Positions 12,301-24,916 of a DNA stretch of 64,000 nt are shown here, piece after piece. How positions within the stretch are numbered: the stretch's first letter is position 1; every line of letters begins with the position of its first letter. Under the pieces are notes generated by a model, which had not been told where the DNA came from, did not search any database, and was given only the letters and a program-made list of their open reading frames with translations. The position numbers were made by a program, and so were the translations under genes. Source of the stretch: Ascidiella aspersa (lineage: Eukaryota). Location of the stretch: contig OZ004607.1 in assembly GCA_963924565.1 (NCBI GenBank), positions 30,256,001 through 30,320,000 of the forward strand, read 5' to 3'.

Positions 12301-15300
12301 GCAATAATGCAGATTTCTTATTTTTGCTGTTGAACCCGGTTTTGGACCAATGCAGTTTCGACTAAGTTGTAAGAAATACGATGGGTTGAAATTCTTCGCA
12401 AAGGGGTCACAGTAAATCATTATTTTGCGATTTGTTTTTCGTCAATTACTTGCCAAAAACAGCAATGCCCATTGCCCACTACCGTGCCAAAAACAGCCAT
12501 GTCCACTATCCTGACGAAAACATGTTGTCTGTTACACCTCTCGCCGTACAAGACCCACGTAGCCGGATGGAATGGTTTAGATGGGCAGAAACCGTAAACC
12601 CGGTATTTCTTTCGCCGCCCGACGCATCTGATCGCCACCTTCAGGCACAACAATGGCCTTTGCCCGGCCTAAGTCAACACTCAAACTTGATGCCAGTGGG
12701 CTAAAGGCTGAAAATTAGGCCAGATTACGTGGGACGCTTATATAAGGCACCCTTTGTCGATCAGTTTCTACATTTTATCAACCCATGGCAATTTAGACGG
12801 TGGCTTGTTGTTATACCCGCCCAGTACCCCTGAACCGCGCAGTAAACAAGGTGGGCAAAACCTCGGGCCCTAAAAAACGGCCAGCTTTAGCTTTCTGTTG
12901 GTAGGTAGCCGCGACATGTGCGCCAATAAAGGCAAACGTCAATATTGTTTCGTCACCCAAAGCGGCGTTCCATTGTATCGAGTGACAGCGCTCAATAAAT
13001 ACAGCGCGTGCGGCGGGCAACATAAGCCACCCCAAGGCGCGCGCGGCCATAAAGCGTCCCATTGTGCCCTGTCAACAGCAGCCCAGTGGATGTGTGGGGC
13101 TTAATTTGCCGGATCGATTACCAACACGATCCGGTATGTCTTCTGTACAACCCTGACGCCGAGTGTCGGTGGTGCAATACAGTATCGTAATGCGCCGTTC
13201 GCACGACACATTACACTTTATACAAAGCTAAACCCCGAAACCCTTTCAGGCTATCTTGTGAAAGCCACACCGTAACAACAGTGATTTAAAAGTGTGTGCC
13301 CCGAAACTTTTTGCGTTCTTAGAAAAATAACCTATTCGTGTTTTAAATAGGCATGTACACAAGTATGCGAGACTATCAATCAGAAAATTAGTAATATGCT
13401 TTGCAGTGTCTTAAAAGCGATTTTCTTTTATTATTTATTATTTTGTGTGTCGCAAGCTTAAAAAGTTTGAGAACCACTGCTGTACATTAAAGAATAAAAA
13501 TTGAATCTCTTTACTAACTAAGCGTGGAAATCACACTAAACACGAGCTAAAAATGACATTTCTTAGAAACTTATTCACCAAGTGAAATCCATTTCTCATA
13601 TATATGGTACGTCGCACAATTACTGGATAAACCTACCTCAGGCCTTCGGCGCAGAATCCGTTCAGAATCTTTCCCTCTTGAGATTCGACTCGCATCTGGG
13701 CGCGTCCACCCACGGCCAGGGCGAAGACGAGCACCACCAACTTGCCGCAACAAAACATTTTGTGTCGCTCGCGCTTAACGCTACACACAGTAGTAAAGTA
13801 CACAGTATACAATCAATCTTCCGAATATCCAGCGGCTTGCCTGATGATCGCGCAGCAGCAGTTTAGCAACGCAGGACGTACACACAAAAAAGCCTATATG
13901 TACCTGCAAAGAACGACAACTCGTAAGGCACTTGGTGCTGGAGGCCGCGCGCTGTTGTGGAAACAAACTGCAGCGTGCCTTCGCGCTGCCCGCCGAACGA
14001 ACGTGGCTAATCTGCTCTGGCTCGACTTAAGCCGACTACTCTGTTCAGCTGAAGCAGCAACAAGGCTCGGGCGCACTTGACAGACAGGTGCAACTTCCGA
14101 AGGCTACACGCCACAGCCCTATTGTAGCCCGGGTGCCCCATCCGGGTACTGCGACAATGGCACGACGAGGAATGCCAGCGAGCGCCTTTGAAGTCTCCTC
14201 AAGTTCCTTTTTTCCCATCGTCGGCTCTTTCCTTGCGAGCTCCTCTCTTTTGTCGAGAGAGCGCATAAACAAACCGCATAGGGCGAGCGGTTGGCCATAG
14301 GCAGCGGCGGCAATACATCTTCGACGGTTTTAGTGCGCCGTCGCGAATATGCCAATGGTCATTAGAGAGTCGCCTTAATTTGTTTACCCTGCTCTTAAAT
14401 CCAGCCCGCAAAATTGCACCGCTAAATTCCCTTTCTGCTGTTCCTGTAAGCCTAGGAGCAAATTCTATGCCAAGGCCATAGCTTTCGCTCTTATTTGAAC
14501 CAGTTTTCTGTGTCAAGTTGAAAACCACACCTTATTTTTAACTACGTTTTGCTGCAATTTTTCACTCTTTGTTCGATTCATGTCACCGCTTTCAAAACCA
14601 TTTTGCTACCTTTCTCTAGTAATATTTTGCTATCTTTACACATTAGTGGGCCGTGATTGTTGGCCAGTTTATATGGCCGATTTCCAAATCTTTTGCCACC
14701 TTCACCACTATTTCCGTACTATTTTTATACATCGGTGGACCGCATTTGTAAGTCAGTCCCGTCATTTCCCGCGTCTGACACGGGCTTTGCCGAAACGGTA
14801 TTTCCAAAACGTCGCCAAGGCAATCGCCCGAAATTGCGGCCCTCGGGTCGTTTGTTTTTGAAGGGACAACGCTGGGCGATTTGCGATCGTCTATAGACCT
14901 CCACATGCCGACCAAATTACGACCCTTCTTTCTCGTGGCACCATCTGCACTGGTGTAATCACACGCGGTCGCGAGCGCAATTTCGCAGTCTATGTGTCTC
15001 GCCCCCTTTCCTCTTCGAGAAACAACACTTATCATCCGAACACGACAATTGATGCTGGACATTGCTGACTGGCAACCCTGTTCCAACTCGCACACCGGGT
15101 GCAATAACACGACTGCGACCAACGAGGGTATTTGAAATGTACATGTAATCGGATTACCGAAGGCGTGGCGCCCAAGCCTCGTTATGCGAAATCGAAACTG
15201 GCTTCCTTCGCTCGTATATTGTGCTCTTCGTGGGTAAAACCGACCGACAAAAGGATGGTTTGCCGCCAAATCTAACCAACCCCATTCTCGTAACTTCGAT

Positions 15301-18300
15301 TGAAGCATACCGCTAGTGCGACGAAAACGGTGGCAAAGTTCACGTGGTGTGTTCATAACCGATCGGAATGCCTCTGCAAACCTGGTCGCGAACTTTCCAC
15401 GCCGCTTAGCGCATATTCGAGACGGACTTGTGGTTATTTTTCGTTGCGTACGCAGTCTGTCGCGGCCACGCGCTGCACACAAAAGCAGGCAATTTACAGA
15501 CGCGAACGTGCGTTTTGTCCGCGGTCGATTTGGCCTTGAGACGCGAGCGCGGCTCAATTTTGGGTCGGAAGCGAGTGAATAGCCGAGGCAACGTCCCCGG
15601 TTTCCTGTTGGCCCAGACACCTGCGGCCCTGGCAGCGCGCGGGCACGAAAGGCCAGTTTTACGTGACCACTTCGCAAAAAGCCAAGGTTCAATTTTTTAA
15701 GCGTACCCGTGGACCAGTTTTACCACCCCTTTGTTAAAGCCACCTGGCCGCTTTAAAGGCGCCTAGTTTTATTTTTTTTAGTTACGCATTTTTTTTTTTT
15801 CTGTTTTAACATTGTTGAATCAAAATCAATTTGATTTCATTTTTAACCACGAATTGGTGCCTTTTCCACAATTTTGGTAAGTTTTAACCAGTTTTCGCAC
15901 ATTTTTTGTTTGAAATCGGCCTTGTAAACTGGTCTGGAATTAACCTGTCCGCCGTCCACCCGATACATTTACTATACACGACGGCGCCGCTCCGTTAGAC
16001 CGCAAACGGACTTTGCTTGTCGGACTCGCATACTTTCCAACCACAACTCTTAGGGCCGAAGCGCTTAACGAGAAAGGAAGGCGGGAGAAAGTTGCCGGTT
16101 CGAGCACTCGGAAACGAATTCGCCCCTGTTCTGGTTCCACGCCAAGTGCGTTTGCCCGTGTCGGGCCACTTAAGTAGGCCAGCTTTCAAAACCAAGTCCT
16201 AAAAGAGCCCCGGCCGCTTCCTAAGAGGTTAACCGCCTGGTTAAATTCCTAATTGACCCTATATATCGAACAACGGCGTAAAATACGCAACACAGCTGCT
16301 TCGCGGGCAAGCGATGATGTATCGCGTGTCAAAATGCAAAGATTCCGTTCCCCCAACGTTGCATCGCTAATCGTGTGACGTCATGTTTTTCGCAGATCAC
16401 CGACACGAGCACGGCGGTGACGTCACAGGACGTTTCAAGCCAGGACGCGAACGTCGACGCGACGGCCCAGCAGCCTTCGCAGAGCGTCGGTAAGTGCAAG
16501 GGTGTGCGTTTTTACGACCGTAGCCCTTTTAGCGCGTCGCCGGCAAAACTCAGGCCAGTCGTTTCGTTCGTTTCTCGATAGCGTGCGACCTGCGCCTTAC
16601 GATCGGATGCGGTCGGAGTTTTTTCAATAAGCGCCAGTTATTTGTTCGATAGTGTGTGTTGCCGGTATGTGGTGCGGTATGCGACGGGGCGTGGTCGCAG
16701 CATCGCCAATGCTGCGTATAGGTTCAGTAGTTCGACCCGGCCTAATTGCAAACATGCGGCCGGGCTTATTTTTCACAATGACTTCGTAGACGGCAAAGCG
16801 TGGTTTGGGTAATAAATACAAACACCCTTTAGTGTTGACGTTTAAGGCACAAATCATGAAAAACAATGGCCATATATGTAAACGGCTAAAAAAAAATATT
16901 TCTCAAAGAGTTGATAAAGACAAAGTTGATGCAGTACATTTACGCTTTAAACCCCTTCAGGGTTTGTAAAGTTATTCAAACGAGGTAGGATTGGGTCATT
17001 TTTCTTCATGACGTTGAAAAAGACCCAGTGCTCTTTCTACTTGTATCACGTTGGTTTCATCTTTTGGTCAGCTAACATGACCCGTCCACCATTTTCCAAC
17101 TATACTGGTCCATTTTTTTTCAACCGTAATGTTCACGTAAAGGTGCCAAAAAAGATAGCAAGTCTCATTATCTATCCTTAAGCCTTCCCTTTGTCCTTAG
17201 ATCCGGCCAAGCCCGTGCAGACCGAGGCCACCTCAACCAATTCGCCGGCCACGCTCGTCGTGCAAGAGCCCGCCGCTGCCGAAGCGACTCCGCAACAAGA
17301 TGAACAGCAACCGCGGCAACTGGAAGCTGCTGCAGCGGCCGACTCGGAAGGCCATAAGGTATTTCGCGGTCGCTGGTTATTATAAAATATGCGCGTGGGA
17401 GGAAAACGGGAATTCTTCGGTTTCGGTACGACCGTAGCACTTAGTTTCGGGCGCCCTTGTATGTTTGTTGCAGTTTGTTGATCGAACAAATGTAGGAGAA
17501 CAGTTTTGCAACAACACCTCTTTGTGTGACCTTTTTACCGTTGTTGACATGAAAGCATAAGACTTATTTACCCCATTTTCTTGTTAATTTTGCAACACTG
17601 TGGTGAAAAAGTATGCATAAACGCAATATGTCGCAACTGGGACGAAATCATGTCAAATGTTTCTTTGCCCTTTTTGAAATGATGATGCCAACTAACCTTC
17701 TGCTAGGCTGTAGATCAGTGTTTCTCAACTTTTTTTCGCGGTGACTCAAACATTAAGCTTTAAGTATAACATTGAAGATTTGACGGCCCAGTTTTCCTAA
17801 TGAACTTTTTGTAATGTTTTTCTTATTGATATCTTCGAATTTGATTATTATTATGTCTTTGTATTGCTTACGCATTGTTTTTCAAACTTTGGAGAATCTT
17901 AACTATTCTGATTAAACCTAACCAATTATAAAAATACTGCATTCGGCGATCCAACCTAATCAAACGGCGACCCACGACCCATAGATTGAAACACTGCGTA
18001 GGTGAACGCTTTGGAGATCGCATGATATTTTACGGCGTGCGACAATTTTTTTATGGCCTTTGACACTCGTTTGAACAACTAGCGTTCGGCGGCAATTAGT
18101 TAATATTTAATGCAAAGTGTCCCGGTTATCATTCACAGGAGGCTGCGGTCATTGATTCAGCAGCAGAAACAGCAGTAGCAGCTGTGGCTGGCGCTGAAAG
18201 CATGCAAGTGGACACCCCAACGGCCGTACAAGACGCGTGAGTGACACCTTCTCATTATTGAGTGTTTACCTCGTTCGTGTGGGTGCGGCTTACGCGGTGG

Positions 18301-21300
18301 ATTAGAATTGTTATTCTCGCTTTGCAAGTTGACCAAAACATAAACCATACATTTATCTGTGCCGAACTGCGTTTCGTTGTTCTCCAATACGGCGCACAAT
18401 AAAAGCCGACATAAACTTAACCCTATCGAGAAATAAGTTTAACTGTACACCGCTATTAACCAGTAATTGGTCGTATTATTGACGGGATTATGTACCTACG
18501 CAAAATTAGGTTAATTTGTTTGCGTTATTCTATATTTTAAAAATGTGCTTTGTTCGAAATTTATGAGTTTTGATTAAGAACACATTTGAACTTAGAAAAA
18601 AATTACTCGCGCCAGTTCGTTTTCAGTAAGAGTACGCTTAGTTGTGTACAGTGTGTACACCTTAATCACCCGTAAAGAGACCACACAGGTGAACCAAAGC
18701 CAAAAAATAACACAGCTGATGCTTACCGCCACTTTCCCCTTAAAAACAAGACAAATTGACCCTCAACCAGCGACTTTAAAACCCACTATAAAACGAACCC
18801 GCATACTTGGAACCTTTACTGCTGCGACTCTTCTTCTGCTGTTGTTGTTATTAATATTTTTCTGGCGGCGCGTCGCGAACGGCGTCGGGCAATTTGTCAG
18901 CGCACTTGACGGCCCCTCAGCGCGCCAATCCCCAGTTTGTAAACACGATAAACCCCCGCGTAAACACGCCAATATGACTTTCGCACGACCGACAGACCGC
19001 CGACGACTCGCCCCACCAGCACCTGCTCCACTGATTTCGGTCGCTTTGTCTTTTCTTGACAGCAGCGCGTTTTGATGCGCACGCTTTACAAGAGCTAAGA
19101 GCTGTATGTGAAGACGACAAGATGTAAGCTACACTTTTGCCTTTTTATAAAGTGTCCGTATTAGACGTTTTATAGGGGAAGGTACTTCTTTAAATGGGCT
19201 TGTGAAAACTGGATTACTATCGGGTGCTTTACACTGCATCGGGTGCACAAAAAATGCCTTTGTCACAAAATATACCTAAGTTGCGACGCTAGACTGGTCA
19301 AGCCAGTTGGATATGACAAAAAGCCCACAAAGTTTTTTTGAGCGACGTAACTAAACAACATCTTGTGGGTCTTGTATGCTGTGATAAACGCTACCCGACC
19401 TTCGCTATACCGAACGTGTAAGAAAAAACACCAACGCCCATCGCTAATTAAACAGAGCGCTAAACTGGTTTCGAGTCAGGGCTGTTAATTGCTTTTGCGT
19501 TTGCGACGCGTAACACGACGTACTTCGCTCGCCGTGTGTTTCCTCGCGGCGCATTTAAATAGAGCCGGTGAACTTGTTACCACTCGGGGTACTGTACATT
19601 CTCCTCACCCGCTTGGAACGCCTTTTGCCTTGCCACCTTGTCCGTGTCGAGTTACTGATATCACAATCCCTTCTCACGGGCGACCAGGTTTGCTGAGCCA
19701 ACGCAATGCCGAAATTCTAAAAATAGAAACGGCCCGGTAACTCGTTGCGACCCGCGCCAACCCGATTGCTTTGCAATGAGAAAGGTTCATTGCCAGATTA
19801 CGTGATCCGCCGACGGAATGCCACCGACTAATTGCAAATTGTATAGCGCACGAATTTTGGACGATTGGCGTGAAAATCGCGACAGCGTCGTTGTTTTACG
19901 TCATTACATCCTACCTTTTCGGGTTCACGTATAACATAGCGATTGAAACTAATGAGAAAAGTCTGCACCGCAAAAGAATAAAATCTTGTACGAAATAAAA
20001 ATTATTAATTATTAGGATCTTAAGTCGCAACCTGCTCAACTGCTAGACGTTTTAACTCGGTATAATAATCGACTATTTCATCCTCCTGAACATTAATCAA
20101 AGTGAGCAATATAAGTTCACACGCTAAGTAGGAGATCTCAAACTTGGGACCATATATTAACCTTTTATTTGGTAAAATAGGACCCCTTTGCCGCATAACG
20201 CTTTCTTGCCAAAACAAACAAGCAAAATCAGTAGGCATACCTATTCTGGCCGGGTAGCTTTGTCACACAACAAAATTCACTTCTATACGAACAACAAGCA
20301 TATAAAAGTACTTTGGAACACATTATAAACCACAAGAGTTCTCCCGCCCACATTATTTTTACTCAAACGACAAAAGCCAAACGCGCCCCTTAACTCGCAT
20401 TAAACCCGCATTTCTTGCTTTGCCACAGCGGCAGCATTAACAACCAGGCCCGGTCACATTTACCGTTTAACAGGAGCCACACAAGCGACAAAGCCGAATA
20501 AAAACTTAACAGGGATTCTTAATTATTTTTTATCTGGACCACCTTTTATTTTTTTGGTTCTCGTGGAATTTTAGAGATAAAGTCATAAATTAAGTCCTAA
20601 AAAAGCTGCCTTAAGATGCCTCGTGTTTTCGGTCCGACAAATGTGAAACTGGAGAGTCTAAAAAACATTAAAGTAAAATGCGCCAGAACGTGTTTTATTT
20701 GAACAAAATCATTTTTATTTTTAAATTATAATCTAAGATTTTAACCATACTTTATGATCCCATAAAACTTGTACACGTACCCCAGTTACACAACCTCTCC
20801 CTTAACGTAGAATAAACCATTATTTCAAATCCTACAACAACAACAGCAGCAGCAGCAACAACGACAACATTGGAGAAGGTGGCGAGCCACTCAACGAAGC
20901 TGAGGCTGTTTCGATGCGTCACACGGTGATCGCGCCTTGCAGCACCAGCTCGCAGATCATCCAGATCGACACTGGCGAGGAAAAGCAGTTTATCGAGGTG
21001 CCGGAGGGATACACCCTCATCCAGACCCCCGAAGGCCTCGTTATGTCACAGGTAGGTGTTTTTTGTTGGCCTTTTGCGCAAATTTTTGGGTTGCGTTATT
21101 TTTTTTTTACGGCTTTGCTAACGACACGAGAAATTTGATTGGAACTAATAATGCTGTTTATAGAAATTTTATGTTTTTAAAACAAGATGCCAACGTTTCG
21201 ACAATAGCTCATGTCCCACTTATAACAGAATGTCGATCTATCGAAAATCCTAATATATTTAACTGAAAACAAAGCCCAGCTGAGTGTTTGTAGTACGTCC

Positions 21301-23075
21301 GATGCATTAGAGACTTGCAATAAAAAAAACTGTTTTAAAGCGTTAAGGCCAACAATTTAGCGAAAACTTGCAAATCACAGATCGAACAAACAATACTTTC
21401 TTTGCTTATTATTTTTTAAGCCTAGTTTGCGTCTCAGTTACCGCATTGCTGACTACGTAGGCCTGTCTAACTGTTCGGCGCTGGCAAAGTATATATATCA
21501 GCTATGAAAACGACGTAAATACTCTTATACTGTCAATCCTGATGGCAAATTTATACACTTTGCGCCTTTGTTTTGTTTGCGAACTGACTTTCACAATCGT
21601 CTTGTTCGCTCAAGTCCACGTTACGTCATCACATACAGCGCGAAAACAAAACAAGGCCTGTTTAGGCTTTTCTGCCGTTTGTAATCCCGATCGAATCTTT
21701 TCCCTTATTTAGCGATATCGCTATCTCCCATCCGACGAGCATAAAAACACGCACTATTAAAGCTGTGTGTGTACGACTTTTGTTCGCTCGTAACAGTGCC
21801 GTCATATGACGTCACAATACCGAAACAGAAGGACCGCTTGTGGCCGTTGTTGTGTGTGCACGGCTTAAGTCCACTCGCCAGCAATAATCGCATTTGCGCC
21901 ACAGACTTGCTTGTATATTACGCGCGCTGTGCGGTCGCGACTCTCCGAGGTGTCAACCCTTGCCATTCCCGCACGGCTCAGCCACCTTTAAGCGCATTTC
22001 GTCATTACCAGAACAAACCTAATAAGACTTGTCGCCGACCCGTCTCCCCCTATTTTTGCGGTATTAAAAAGTGAAAAAAAGTTCGCCTGGGAATATCGTC
22101 GCTTTTGCTTCGAGCTATAGACAATAACGTTCGTTAGGAGTTGTTCGGGTTATCTTTTATTAACGTATTTCATTAACCGGAACGTTGATAGCGTTTTTTA
22201 ATTAAACAAACGCTTTTTAACGTGGTTTAAGTTTCTAGCTGTTTTTACTCCAATACTCTTTAAAAGTTGGTCTGTAAGAGAATTTTTTCCCATAGCAGTT
22301 CAAAAACAAGGGTTTTAAATCCCCAATAAACATTTTGTAATTTTTTGTAACTAATTCCAAATGATTGGCTCAAATAAGTATTGTGAATTTTACATTTAAA
22401 TAAGTGGTTTAACACCAACGCATGTTCTCGTTTTCCTTTGTTAACGAAATCAATTTAAATAAAAAACAAATACCATACAAATCGAACTTAAACGCTTGGG
22501 ACCTTTTGACCGCGATTTTTTTAAGATCCTTAAGAAATAGGCCCGTCGCTTTAAAACAGGCTTTGCGCTGGCTAATTGGCATAAAATACCCTTTACGCCA
22601 TTTCTTCACACAAGTATCACGTTCTCGTTAAACACAGGCCAGACTTAAGCTCAAAATTCACCACATAAGCGAAATCGCATCCTTTCTCGCGAGAAAGCGA
22701 AAACAACGCAAAGCACGTAATAAGAATATCAAAGCCCATACAGAAGTAAACATAGTTAAAAATGAATAAAGAGTTATTCGAAACGTTCAAAATGATACCT
22801 ACTTCTGTATGGGCTTTGATATTCTTATTACGTCTTACTACAACCTCCAACCATTATGCTCCAAAACGTAAAACGCCTTTATTTTTGTTTTGCAGCCGGG
22901 CACAACACTATCTCAGGCCGAGGACGGAACCATCTACGTCACGCAGGAGGATGGCACCACGACGCCGCTTGATTCTCAGAAGGGGGTTCCCCTCGAAACG
23001 GTCGAGTCTCTGCTCTCGCTGGAAGGACAACAACAACAACAACAGCAACAACAGCAGCAGCAACAACAGGAGTGA
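389..23075 (+). CDS. ZNF839: ZNF839-like (DUF4764) protein, 3' portion; 5' exons lie outside the window
   Basis: Phase-consistent GT-AG exons 389-550, 1149-1346, 2739-2852, 16396-16489, 17201-17358, 18139-18236, 20811-21051, 22896-23075 (1245 nt, stop TGA). [35 protein letters not shown]|[23 protein letters not shown] resembles the recalled ZNF839 DUF4764 core ([23 protein letters not shown]...IYKEFEELHK). The C-terminal [12 protein letters not shown]|[11 protein letters not shown] resembles the recalled ZNF839 C-terminus ([22 protein letters not shown]). Confidence 0.8.
5395..13758 (-). CDS. Secreted fibulin-like protein (signal peptide, 7 Ca-binding EGF repeats, fibulin-type C-terminal domain), ~478 aa, nested in a ZNF839 intron
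   Basis: Exons 13758-13637 ([20 protein letters not shown] signal peptide), 12072-11936, 10926-10817, 9786-9615, 7425-7219, 6881-6779, 6275-6089, 5793-5395. All are GT-AG and in phase (1437 nt). EGF starts: DIDEC, DIDEC, DINEC, DEDEC, DVNEC, DDQEC, DKNEC, each with a CxNxxG/AS[YF]xC motif. The C-terminus [12 protein letters not shown] is typical of fibulins/hemicentin. Confidence 0.9.
17716..17996. mobile_element. Degenerate hAT-type MITE
   Basis: Termini cagtgtttctcaac ... ttgaaacactg; TSD poorly conserved. Confidence 0.5.
22757..22857 (+). repeat. ~100-bp dispersed repeat, copy 1 (SINE/LINE-tail-like)
   Basis: aaaatgaataaagagttattcgaaacgttcaaaatgatacctacttctgtatgggctttgatattcttattacgtcttactacaacctccaaccatta; near-identical copies at ~37242, ~58859 (rc) and ~61176. 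Confidence 0.85.
23028..23069 (+). repeat. CAA/CAG coding microsatellite (14 Gln) at the ZNF839 C-terminus
   Basis: caacaacaacaacaacagcaacaacagcagcagcaacaacag directly before GAG TGA. Confidence 0.9.
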
Positions 23076-24672
23076 ACTTAGTTCTAACTAAATTCCGGAT
23101 GAGATTGAGGCGCGTTTGCGACTGGAGGACCCAGCTGGATCCAAGTTCGTTTGTTCAGAAGGATCACTAACACTTGTGTAGCTCGAGGTTGAAATGAAGC
23201 TGCGTCCTACCACGAGCGCCGTCGTTTTGTATTAACATAGATCATCTATAACCAGCGTGTATCATCCCAAGTAGCGTGCCGTATATACGCGTCTATTTTT
23301 CCTTTTTTCGCCACTTGTTCTCTGACATAACAGTAGTAAAGCCATTTCAGACCGTAACCGTTACAGCAGCCGCGTCCTCGTCTCGGCCAATTTTAGGACC
23401 TATACCATATTGTGTGGCTCGTACGCGCGCGAGCTGTTTTACTACCGTCGTCGTTAAACTATAAAAGCAGTGCCAAATGGTCCCGATTGCTATCGAGCAC
23501 TTCCTCGATACGCAGGCTGCAGTGGTCGTTTTGCGGCCGTTTACGCGTGTCCTTGCTATGTCTGCTTTGCAGCGCCTTGCACTAGACCAAATCGTTGGAC
23601 AACCCGCCCAGAGGGCTACACCAGTGGTTCTTTGAACATTTTTGGTGTTATCACCCCAGAGAAGATCTTGAAGAGATTTTATTACTGTATTCGAATTTTG
23701 TTTAAATTACGATCTGCCATAATTCAAGAGATAGCAATATTTTAATAACGTAAATTGCATTAAAATGAACATTAAATACCTAAATACCGAAAAGGTCGTT
23801 CTACCTTTTGCTATTCAGAGTTCATAGATAGAATCTTATGTTTTAAATTGTCGAATTAAACCCATTACCTCCCACAGTTAAACCACTCCGCTCCACGAAA
23901 CCTAGCGATTACATTATTTGTCATATCAAGCATTACGCTGCAAGGCAGACATAAAACTAGTATTTGAATGTGTTTTTCGTTCGAACTGCCCAAAACACCG
24001 AAAGCGCCGCCCCCGTGATAAGCCGACATCCGTTTCGATTCTATTTCGTCTTCACAAGTTGTTTCGTCGTTTGTGTCTGTCCATCCACCGTTCATCTTTT
24101 TTTCGGTGTTTTGTGCGTTCAATAAAAGCTACATGGTGTACAGCAACCGGGCACCGCGGGGTCGTGTGAAATTCAGCCTCGTTGCGTTAATTTACTACAA
24201 GTCAATTCATCAGCGGTGTATGCCGAACAAAATCGAGGTCACTGAGCCGCGTCCCCAGGGTCCAATCAGCGAGATACGCATCGCCAAACCTGCCCTTTCA
24301 AGTTATTTTTTCCGCCGAAGCACATCGATCGGTTTGTCCGGTCATTAAACGGCATATGCCCGGCTGAATGGCATTACGACGTTTCGCACCATTGCCGAAA
24401 TTTGTCTTTGCTTTTTAAATTATGTACGCTTGGCTTCAGTCGCCGGGTTTGTCGCTTTAGTAAATATCGTCGACCCTCCTTTAAACGAAACTAAACGGTG
24501 GTAAAATAATGACATTTAGTATGACAAAGATTAAGACCGATAAAGCGTAAATCCTAATAACAAATAATCTAATTTAATTATTAACGTCCTTAACACAGTC
24601 AACTTATTAAACGACTTTTATAACAAAAGGTTACGATTGACTTTTTATTTGCGATTACAACATAATCTAGGT

Positions 24673-24916
24673 CAGGGTTTCCCAAACTTTCTAGTCTGAG
24701 ACCCCTTCTAATTTATTGAAAAAGTTTAAAACATAATATTTTCCGTTTTCTGCTTCCACACACGTCTGTTATAGTAGTGTGCATTTTAAGAGTTATGTTT
24801 TGCAAAAAGTTTGCTATTAGGATATCAAACAGAAAAAATTAACAATTTTATACAAGTTACACTTTGCGTAAAAAAGTATACGGACTCATTCACGACCACC
24901 AGTTTGGCAAGACCTG
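24673..24916. mobile_element. hAT-type MITE with perfect 8-bp TSD
   Basis: Imperfect TIRs cagggtttcccaaact / agtttggcaagacctg, flanked by ATCTAGGT at 24665-24672 and 24917-24924. Confidence 0.8.

Noticed and set aside
12591-12700. Possible extra fibulin exon after a minus-strand cctttag acceptor
   Set aside because: Exon 1 joins exon 2 directly to give a sensible EGF tail (FCAEGLRHTERGC); this segment has no EGF features or convincing donor
19063-19123. Possible ZNF839 cassette exon ([19 protein letters not shown]) with good splice sites
   Set aside because: It is open only with phase-1 entry, whereas the preceding exon ends in phase 2; it cannot be supported without transcripts
22762-22857. 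Signal-peptide-like mini-[26 protein letters not shown] in the dispersed repeat
   Set aside because: The copy at ~61184 has an early TAA and the 37251 copy stops after 31 codons; the similarity is explained by the repeat itself
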